A DNA stretch of 64,000 nt, taken from contig WTBR01000027.1 of NCBI GenBank assembly GCA_013138975.1, positions 201 through 64,200 on the forward strand, written 5' to 3'. The stretch comes from Bacteroidales bacterium (GTDB lineage Bacteria; Bacteroidota; Bacteroidia; Bacteroidales; UBA12077). Made by a program: the position numbers and the translations under genes. This document shows positions 58,601 to 64,000 of this stretch, piece after piece. The number at the start of each line of letters is the position of its first letter. The first letter of the stretch is position 1. Under the pieces are notes generated by a model. That model saw only the letters and a list, made by a program, of their open reading frames with translations. It did no database searches and was not told the DNA's origin.

Positions 58601-61600
58601 GGTGCATGACTTAAGTCAAAGGCGTGTACAAAGTTTTCGCGAACATTGGAGAGTTCTGTGTTTGTTATCTGGTAGCTTTTTATCGAAAAGGATACTTCTG
58701 AATGGATACGTTGAACAGGGAATTCATTCTCTACTTCAAAACTAGTCCTGAAGTTTTCGTGTCGTGCAATCAACTTATTAAAAACCGCTGTAATTTGGTG
58801 CTTATTTTGTCCCTTTGGAACAGCTAGTAATCCCGGCATATTATAAGCCGTACTTCCCAAATCCATCTGTTGCAACAAGTACAAACGTCGTTGAGAGGAA
58901 GATAAAGAATAATATTCCTGAGTTTTTGCCTTAGGTATGGAGAAATACGAAATATTTTCTGAAGAATTTATGAGTTTTGATTGTGCTAGAATAGTCTGGA
59001 ATTGAAAAACTTCTCGTAATTCTATTCGTACATCTAATTCTTTATGGATACGCGATACCAAAACCGTAGCTTTCAATGAATGACCACCTAGCTCAAAGAA
59101 ATTTGCATTTGTACTTATTTCTTTGGAAGCTACATTTAATACTTCGGACCAAATCTTTACAAGTTTGGTTTCTATTAAGGTTTGTGGAGCCACATAACCT
59201 GAACCTGCTTTTATTTCGGGTACAGGTAATGATTTGCGATCAACCTTTCCGTTACTTGTTAGAGGGATTTTATCCAACTCTACAAAATATGACGGTATCA
59301 TATAATCGGGAAGGCTTTCCGATAAATAAGTACGTAATTCTTCTTCCTTGAGATCTTCCTCTGTGACTAAATAAGCACAAAGGTATTTATCTCTGTTTTC
59401 TTCTCTGGCTAATACTTCACATTCTTCAATGTTTTCATGTGCCTTTAATACATTCGAAATTTCTTCCAATTCAATGCGATATCCACGAATCTTTACCTGA
59501 TTATCAATTCTACCTAAAAATTCAACATTACCTTCTGGCAACCAACGTGCTAAATCTCCCGTTCGATACAACTTCTCACCATTTTTAAATGGGTGAGATA
59601 TAAATTTCTCATCTGTTAGAGATAAGTTATTTAAGTATCCTTGTGCTAATCCTTCACCACTAATACATAATTCACCTGCTACTCCTATTGGTAATAAATT
59701 AACAGATTCATCAACAATATAAGCATTAGTATTATGAATAGGATTCCCTATAACTGGTCTATCTAAAAATGAATTAAGATTCTCTTTACTAATAGGATAA
59801 GTAATACAACCTATCGTTGCTTCTGTTGGTCCATAATGGTTTATAATTTGAATATCTTCATTTAAAGATATAGTTTTTTCAACTACATAGGTATTAATTG
59901 ACTCTCCTCCTAACAATAAAAGTTTCAGATTTTTAATCGCCATTGCAAATAAATCACAATCAACCATCGATGAATATAACGAGGGAGTTGTTTTTAAATA
60001 ACTGATTTTATTGTCAATTATATAACGATTAAAATCTCTTGTCGATAAATATAATTCTTTGGGTAAAAGATGCAACTCATAACCATTTACAAGAGATGAG
60101 TATATAGATGTATAACCTAAATCAAATGAATAAGAAGTTGTTAATACTGTTTTTTCTTCATGACCTAATTGTTTAAAATTGTTAAACCAACTAGTATAAT
60201 TAATCAGATTTTCATGTTTTAAAATAACACCTTTTGGTTTTCCTGTTGTTCCTGATGTATAAATTACATAAATTGGATCTGCAACGGTATTTATGCATTC
60301 TGGATTACCACTCTCTTTATTGAAGAAATTATCATTTATATGAATTAAGTTAATGTTAAATGGGTTTTCATTATACGAAGAATTGTTTGTCAGAATTAAC
60401 GAACTTTCTGAGTCACTTAATATATAAGAAATTCTATCATTAGGTAATTCCAGATTAATTGGTAGATAACAAGCACCTGATTTTAACACACCAAGAAGAC
60501 ATATTATCATTTCATGACTGGGTTCAAAGATTAAAGCTACAACAGAATTTCGAGTTACTCCATTGTTCCTTAAATAATGTGCAATTTGATTGCTTTTCTG
60601 ATTTAAGTCATAATAGCTAAGACCTTCTTGTTCAAAAATAAGAGCATTCTTTAATAGAGTTCTTTCTACTTGCTCTTCGAATAACTGATGAATCGTTTTA
60701 TCTCTTGGATAATCTCTTTTTGTATCATTAAAGTCATATAATAATTGTTGCTTTTCTGCTTCAGTTATAATTTCAAGCTCTGATAGCTTTTCATTTAATT
60801 TTTCTGGTAGTTGATTTATAATTTGTTTAAAATAACTGATAAATCTATCAATCGTTTCTGATTTGAAGAGTTTTGTGCTATATTGAAAACTTAACTGTAC
60901 ACTTGAACCCGAATCTAAAGCTGATAAACTTAAATCAAACTTCGATACCCAGTCTTCATGTATTGATTCACCCTCTTTAATCTCTTGAAAATCCTCTGAA
61001 TCTATTTCCAATAAATTAAACATCACATCAAATATCGGATTACGGCTAGTGTCTCTATTTACAACCAGCATTTCTACTAAATCTTCAAACTGGTATTCCT
61101 GATTTTCGTATGCTTCTAGAGTATTCTCTTTTAATTCCTGCAGATAATCAATCAGGCATTTGTCTCCTGATACTTCATTACGCAAAGCAAGAGTATTGAC
61201 AAACATTCCTACTATATCTTCCAAATCCGAATGGCGACGTGCAGCTATTGGACTTCCTACAATAATATCTTCCTGACCGCTTAATTTGGATAACAAAATT
61301 GTGAAAACTGATAACAAGGACATATACAATGTTAAGCCCTGTCCCTTGCAGAGATCATGAATAATCTTTGTTTCTTCTGCTGATAATACAAAACTCACAC
61401 TAGCTCCTTCGAAACTTTGCATTACAGGACGAGAATTATCTGTTGGTAGTTCCAATATAGGTAGTTCTCCAGTAAACTTATCCAACCAGTAAGACTCTTG
61501 TACTTTGATCCGCTCTTGTTGTTCTTTACTGTTTTGCCACTGTGAATAATCTTTATATTGTAAGTGTAAAGCTTCTAATTCTTTTCCTGCTAGTAATTGA

Positions 61601-64000
61601 GAAAAATTTTCTTCTAATATAGCATAAGACCTTCCATCACTTATGATATGATGCATATCTATCAGCAACATATCATCGCCATCACTGATTTCTAAATATC
61701 CTACTCGTAATAAGGGAGCTAGGTTTAGGTCAAAAGCTTTAACAAAGTCTTCCTTGATATTGGATAACTCAGATTTTTTTATTTGATATTCTTTGATAGA
61801 AAAAGCTACTTCTGAATGAATGCGTTGCACTGGAATCTCGTCCTCAAATTCAAAACTCGTCCTGAAATTTTCGTGACGGGCTATCAACTTATTAAAAACT
61901 TCTTTTATTTGATTCTTATCTTGTCCTTTGGGAACAGCTAATAGTCCCGGCATATTATAAGCCGTACTTCCTAAATCCATTTGTTGCAACAGATACAAAC
62001 GTCGTTGAGAAGAAGATAAGGGATAATAGTCCTGTTTTTTTGCTTTTGGTATAGAGAAATATGAACTACTTTCTGATGAATTTATTAATTCTGATTGTAC
62101 TTGGATAGTCTGGTATTGAAAGATATCCCGCAATTCTAATCGCACATCTAATTCTTTATGAATACGAGATACCAAGACGGTAGCTTTCAAGGAATGACCA
62201 CCCAACTCAAAGAAACTTACATTCGTACTTATTTCTTTTGTAGCTATATTTAATACCTCTGACCAAATTTTTACTAACTTGGTTTCTATTAAGTTATTGG
62301 GAGCCACATAATCTGATCCTGCTTTTATTTCTGGTGCGAGTAATGACTTCTTGTCAATCTTTCCATTACGGGTTAAAGGTATCTTTTCTAATGCCACAAA
62401 ATAAGTTGGAATCATGTAGTTAGGAAGATGCTCTGATAAATAATTGCGTATTTCTTCTTTATTAAATACCTCTTCAACAACTACATAAGCACACAAGTAC
62501 TTGTCCTCCCCTTGTCCCCAGACTAATACTACACTCTCTTTTATATTTTTATACCTTAATAAGGTGTTTTCTATCTCGCCTAACTCGATCCTAAAGCCCC
62601 TGATTTTAACCTGATCGTCTATACGACCTAAAAATTCGATATTACCGTCATCTAACCATCGAGCTAAATCACCTGTTCGATATAGCTTTTCTCCTTTTTT
62701 ATAGGGATGATCGATAAATTTTTCTGATGTTAATTCTTCCATCCCTAAATATCCTCTAGATAAACCTACACCTGAAAGACAAAGTTCACCAACAACTCCT
62801 ATTGCCTGAAGTTGTCGATTCTCTCTATTTAAGATATAAACTTGAGTATTAGCGATAGGTTTTCCTATTGGAATACTATTATATTGATCTTGATTACAAT
62901 TAAAATAAGTAACATCAACTGTTGCTTCTGTTGGTCCATATAAATTAACTAATAAACAACGAGAATCTGTCCCAAATATTTCATAAAACTTTTCTACATG
63001 TCTAACTTTCAACTCCTCTCCACTAGCAAACACAAAACGTAAACTGTCTAACCAAGCCACATTTTTATGCTCTATTAAGTAATCTAAGAAAACATCTAAC
63101 ATTGATGGTACAAAATGAATAATACTCACTTTATTCTCTGAAATACTTGAAGCTATCTTTAAAGGATCTTTTTCTCCACCTTTTTCTAATAAAAATAATG
63201 AACTGCCCTCAAAAGACCACCAGAATAATTCCCATACTGATACATCAAATGTATAAGGAGTCTTTTGTATTAAAATGTCATTCGATCCTATCGGATAACT
63301 ATTTTGCATCCATTTCAATCTGTTAATTACAGAATGATGTTCAATCATAACACCTTTAGGCTCACCCGTTGAACCTGATGTATAAATAACATAAGATAAT
63401 TTCTGAGCATTCGTTGTTTTTCCCAGATTTAATAATTCTTTTTTTGCCGTTTGATCAAGATCAATTGCAAGTACCGGTAAATTATAATTATTCCCTTTCT
63501 TCTTATCTTTGTGCAATAATAGAACCTTAGAATTACTATCATTTAAAATATAATTAACTCGTTTTTCCGGAGCTTCAGAGTCGATCGGTAAATAAGTCCC
63601 TCCTGCTTTTAATATCCCCATTATTCCTACCATCATTTCAACTGAACGATCTATTTGCAGACTTACAATACTCTCAGAATAAACACCCAATTCAACTAAC
63701 ACAAGTGCTAACCTGTTACACATTGTATTAAATTCACGATAGCTTATGTGTCTTCCTCCAATAATTAAAGCATCACTATTTGGAGTACGTTCCACTTGTT
63801 CTTCAAATAATTCGTGAATACATTTATTCTTAAGGTAATCTGTTTCTGTATCATTAAAATCATACAATATTTGTTTCTTTTCTTCTTCAGGTATAATATT
63901 TATATCTTTTATGTAGCGTCCAAAATTATCGGGCAAATCTTTCAACAAGTGCTTAAAGTAACTAATAAACCTGTTTATGCTTTCTGTACGAAACAGCTTA
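52687..64000 (-). CDS. NRPS subunit, 5'-truncated by the window edge: ...C(end)-A(Ser)-T-C-A(Asp-like)-T-C-A(Ser)-T-C-A(Leu-like)-T
   Basis: The frame stays open to nt 64000. The translation upstream of the ORF-track start reads KLFRTESINRFISYFKHLLKDLP, which matches the C-A linkers of the other modules, so the TTG at 63948 is not the real start. A-domain a3 motifs lie at ~63355-63400, ~60232-60280, ~57112-57160 and ~53972-54020. T-domain serines are at 62191-62193, 59077-59079, 55939-55941 and 52861-52863. C-domain HH motifs are at 61648-61653, 58534-58539 and 55396-55401. Hand-read codes are DVWHFSLVDK (Ser), DLTKLGHIGK (Asp-like), DVWHFSLVDK (Ser) and DAW(S/F)LGNVLK (Leu-like). Confidence 0.92.
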   Translation of the reverse strand, partial: KLFRTESINRFISYFKHLLKDLPDNFGRYIKDINIIPEEEKKQILYDFNDTETDYLKNKCIHELFEEQVERTPNSDALIIGGRHISYREFNTMCNRLALVLVELGVYSESIVSLQIDRSVEMMVGIMGILKAGGTYLPIDSEAPEKRVNYILNDSNSKVLLLHKDKKKGNNYNLPVLAIDLDQTAKKELLNLGKTTNAQKLSYVIYTSGSTGEPKGVMIEHHSVINRLKWMQNSYPIGSNDILIQKTPYTFDVSVWELFWWSFEGSSLFLLEKGGEKDPLKIASSISENKVSIIHFVPSMLDVFLDYLIEHKNVAWLDSLRFVFASGEELKVRHVEKFYEIFGTDSRCLLVNLYGPTEATVDVTYFNCNQDQYNSIPIGKPIANTQVYILNRENRQLQAIGVVGELCLSGVGLSRGYLGMEELTSEKFIDHPYKKGEKLYRTGDLARWLDDGNIEFLGRIDDQVKIRGFRIELGEIENTLLRYKNIKESVVLVWGQGEDKYLCAYVVVEEVFNKEEIRNYLSEHLPNYMIPTYFVALEKIPLTRNGKIDKKSLLAPEIKAGSDYVAPNNLIETKLVKIWSEVLNIATKEISTNVSFFELGGHSLKATVLVSRIHKELDVRLELRDIFQYQTIQVQSELINSSESSSYFSIPKAKKQDYYPLSSSQRRLYLLQQMDLGSTAYNMPGLLAVPKGQDKNQIKEVFNKLIARHENFRTSFEFEDEIPVQRIHSEVAFSIKEYQIKKSELSNIKEDFVKAFDLNLAPLLRVGYLEISDGDDMLLIDMHHIISDGRSYAILEENFSQLLAGKELEALHLQYKDYSQWQNSKEQQERIKVQESYWLDKFTGELPILELPTDNSRPVMQSFEGASVSFVLSAEETKIIHDLCKGQGLTLYMSLLSVFTILLSKLSGQEDIIVGSPIAARRHSDLEDIVGMFVNTLALRNEVSGDKCLIDYLQELKENTLEAYENQEYQFEDLVEMLVVNRDTSRNPIFDVMFNLLEIDSEDFQEIKEGESIHEDWVSKFDLSLSALDSGSSVQLSFQYSTKLFKSETIDRFISYFKQIINQLPEKLNEKLSELEIITEAEKQQLLYDFNDTKRDYPRDKTIHQLFEEQVERTLLKNALIFEQEGLSYYDLNQKSNQIAHYLRNNGVTRNSVVALIFEPSHEMIICLLGVLKSGACYLPINLELPNDRISYILSDSESSLILTNNSSYNENPFNINLIHINDNFFNKESGNPECINTVADPIYVIYTSGTTGKPKGVILKHENLINYTSWFNNFKQLGHEEKTVLTTSYSFDLGYTSIYSSLVNGYELHLLPKELYLSTRDFNRYIIDNKISYLKTTPSLYSSMVDCDLFAMAIKNLKLLLLGGESINTYVVEKTISLNEDIQIINHYGPTEATIGCITYPISKENLNSFLDRPVIGNPIHNTNAYIVDESVNLLPIGVAGELCISGEGLAQGYLNNLSLTDEKFISHPFKNGEKLYRTGDLARWLPEGNVEFLGRIDNQVKIRGYRIELEEISNVLKAHENIEECEVLAREENRDKYLCAYLVTEEDLKEEELRTYLSESLPDYMIPSYFVELDKIPLTSNGKVDRKSLPVPEIKAGSGYVAPQTLIETKLVKIWSEVLNVASKEISTNANFFELGGHSLKATVLVSRIHKELDVRIELREVFQFQTILAQSKLINSSENISYFSIPKAKTQEYYSLSSSQRRLYLLQQMDLGSTAYNMPGLLAVPKGQNKHQITAVFNKLIARHENFRTSFEVENEFPVQRIHSEVSFSIKSYQITNTELSNVRENFVHAFDLSHAPLLRVAYLEISDGDDMLFVDMHHIISDGKSHSILEEEFYQLLVGKELEPLRLQYKDYSEWQNSSGQQERIKEQESYWLDKFTDELPVLELPVDYPRPVMQSFEGASVRFVLPPEETAMIHDICREQGLTLYMSLLSVFTILLSKLSGQEDIIVGSPIAARRHSDLEDIVGMFVNTLAIRSDVSGDKQLIDYLQELKENTLEAYENQEYQFEDLVEKLVVNRDTSRNPLFDVMFNLLEGEFQEVKDSSKEELKHIQGISKFDLSLTALNLESELQLNIEYSTKLFRPETIERFIGYFKELVKSFSGNSVQTISELNILTEAEKQQLLYEFNDTRTDYPSDKSVYQLFEESARRFPKNIAVSTKNQSITYTDLWNRSDKLAKIIRSKGIHSGRVIGLMLDRSIEMIVGLMGVLKSGCCYLPLMPDMPISRFEYIMAESECNLVLTQTKYQEKLTTHIEIINLDVLESIPCFQQQKDVTRQPNDLAYIIYTSGTTGQPKGVPIENHSVVNRIMWMQKEYPIELNDVVMQKTPYTFDVSVWELFWWSFIGASVFMLEPEGEKDPVIIANTIDEHKINVMHFVPSMLEAFFNVISEDSPEFNLGSMKYVFSSGEVLKANQVKGFYDLFKENINTKLVNLYGPTEATVDVSYFECKRGIDFQNIPIGKPIDNIQLYILDKNTLNAKAIGVVGELMISGVGLSRGYLKQEKLTSEKFIEHPFIKGGRLYRTGDLTRWLPDGNIEFFGRIDSQVKIRGFRIELGEIESSILKYSGVKECVVLCREDQRGEKYLCAYVVIKSQENKVEQALRIYLSGLLPDYMIPTYFVELAKIPLTSNGKIDRKSLPTPEIKAGSSYEAPKTLIETKLIKIWSEVLAIASKEISTTVSFFELGGHSLKATVLVSRIHKELDVRLELREVFQYPTVQGQAELINSSESISYFSIPKARIEEYYPLSSSQRRLYLLQQMDLGSTAYNMPGLIAVPEGHEKYQIEDAFNQLISQHENFRTSFEVEDGLPVQRIHSEVSFWIDKYKITNAELSNVRKNFVQAFDLSLAPLLRVAYVEISDGDDMLLIDMHHIISDGKSHAILEEEFNQLIEGKELEPLRLQYKDYSQWQNSLEQQERIKGQEAYWLDKFTDELPVLELPTDYSRPVIQSFEGARVGFILSAEETVIIQDICREQGLTLYMSLLSVFTILLSKLSGQEDIIVGSPIAARRHADLDVIVGMFVNTLTIRNDVSGDKCLIDYLQDLKENTLEAYENQEYQFEDLVDLVVKNRDTSHNPLFDVMFNLLEGGLQEGQDSTERNLNHKKGVSKFDLSLTALKLGSELQLSFEYSTKLFRPETIERFIGHFKELVKSFSGNSVQTISELNILTESEKQQLLYDFNDTRTDYPKDKTIYHLFEEQVESTPDIVALVHNDQVITYLEFSKKVNIIANILQENGVRNDDIVGICYKQSINFIIGIISISKLGGCFIPLSLKTPEARLNYTIKDSNMKVLLSNEKIKQNHDLCTVLIIDDLIKNKNFSTQIKTKSKQGENKYSYIIYTSGSTGIPKGVLVNTQSLVNLCWGHINKFEINKKDHISKYADMSFDASIWEIFPGLIIGASLYIIPDDCKLDIAKMNEFFEERDITISFLPTQICEQFIKYNNTSLRILLTGGDKLRTFINTSYELYNNYGPTENTVLATRFKVEKKYKNIPIGKNVENTRTYILDKWNNIQPIGVAGEIGLSGDGLMIGYLNNQELTNKKLILNPFEKEELLYKTGDLARWLPDGNIEFLDRLDNQVKIRGFRIELGEIENCLLKHSALKDTIVISREDNTGEKYICAYVIPKKKGVNLEEILRSHILKFLPDYMLPSYFIMMDTFSLLLNGKINKKILPDPDLKYNKEFITPSNEIEEKLSNIWSNILNISKEKISTDANFFELGGSSLKVTSLVYQIHKEFNIKIPFQEVFSNPSIIKLAKIVSLISINVEEINSDSEDIEVLL
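54490..56010 (-). repeat. T-C segment, copy 3
   Basis: Same block. Encodes the linker ...RPETIERFIGHFKELVKSFSGNSVQTISELNILTESEKQQLLYDFNDT. Confidence 0.65.
57620..59150 (-). repeat. T-C segment, copy 2
   Basis: Same protein block as copies 1 and 3. Its C-A linker (~57620-57800) is about 90% identical by eye to 54490-54670 and is also close to 51190-51360. Confidence 0.65.
60740..62260 (-). repeat. T-C segment, copy 1 of a diverged ~1.5-kb intragenic repeat
   Basis: Encodes FFELGGHSLKATVLVSRIHKELDVRLELR...SSSQRRLYLLQQMDLGSTAYNMPGLLAVP...MHHIISDG...SGQEDIIVGSPIAARRH. Shares a 68-nt identical run (61256-61323 = 58142-58209) with copy 2. Confidence 0.65.

Noticed and set aside
4872-59351. About 35 plus-strand ORFs of 60-118 aa from the ORF track (for example 7050-7406, 27672-28028, 49413-49766)
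   Set aside because: All lie antisense inside long minus-strand NRPS or radical SAM genes with clear motifs. Their translations are low-complexity, rich in Ser/Leu/Ile/Phe, with no recognisable motifs. Several recur at equivalent positions of repeated modules, as expected for antisense shadows of conserved codons.
52687-64000. The ~3.1-kb periodic similarity, considered as a tandem repeat array, an IS-derived repeat or an assembly artefact
   Set aside because: The periodicity equals one C-A-T module. The copies are in frame and diverge in their A domains, so this is ordinary NRPS modularity. It is reported as intragenic repeats, not as a mobile element.

Overview
The window is almost entirely one very AT-rich, minus-strand biosynthetic operon. 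Nine non-ribosomal peptide synthetase (NRPS) genes span 2795-64000; the first is cut by the window edge and continues upstream. Two free-standing B12-binding-type radical SAM genes are interleaved with them, and an FtsX/MacB-type ABC permease lies at the 3' end (271-2643). All calls come from reading core motifs in the supplied translations and mapping them back to nucleotides. No database search was possible. I count 14 carrier (T) domains in the window: 13 modules loaded by A domains and one terminal module whose A domain is degenerate and carries an embedded PKS-type acyltransferase. The points most worth a second look are:
1. The 2914-aa subunit (37479-46223) has one A domain interrupted twice. 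A roughly 540-aa radical-SAM plus B12-binding-like unit sits between motifs a2 and a3, and a roughly 345-aa PRMT-like methyltransferase sits between a8 and a9.
2. Two paralogous stand-alone B12-type radical SAM enzymes each lie immediately upstream of an NRPS subunit that starts with only the C-terminal lobe of a condensation domain (called half-C here).
3. The three NRPS subunits that end in a C domain and both radical SAM proteins share an acidic-Phe-polar-hydrophobic C-terminal tail. This may be a docking code for the half-C platform.
4. The last module has a decayed A domain hosting a KS-AT-linker/AT/post-AT unit, followed by T-E and a C-like domain with HQxxxDA. No TE or R release domain is present in the window.
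5. Near-identical T-C and C-A-linker segments recur in front of different A domains, which suggests recent recombination.
The permease family and the general lack of Shine-Dalgarno sequences suggest a Bacteroidota host (weak inference). No rRNA, tRNA, CRISPR array or mobile element was seen.
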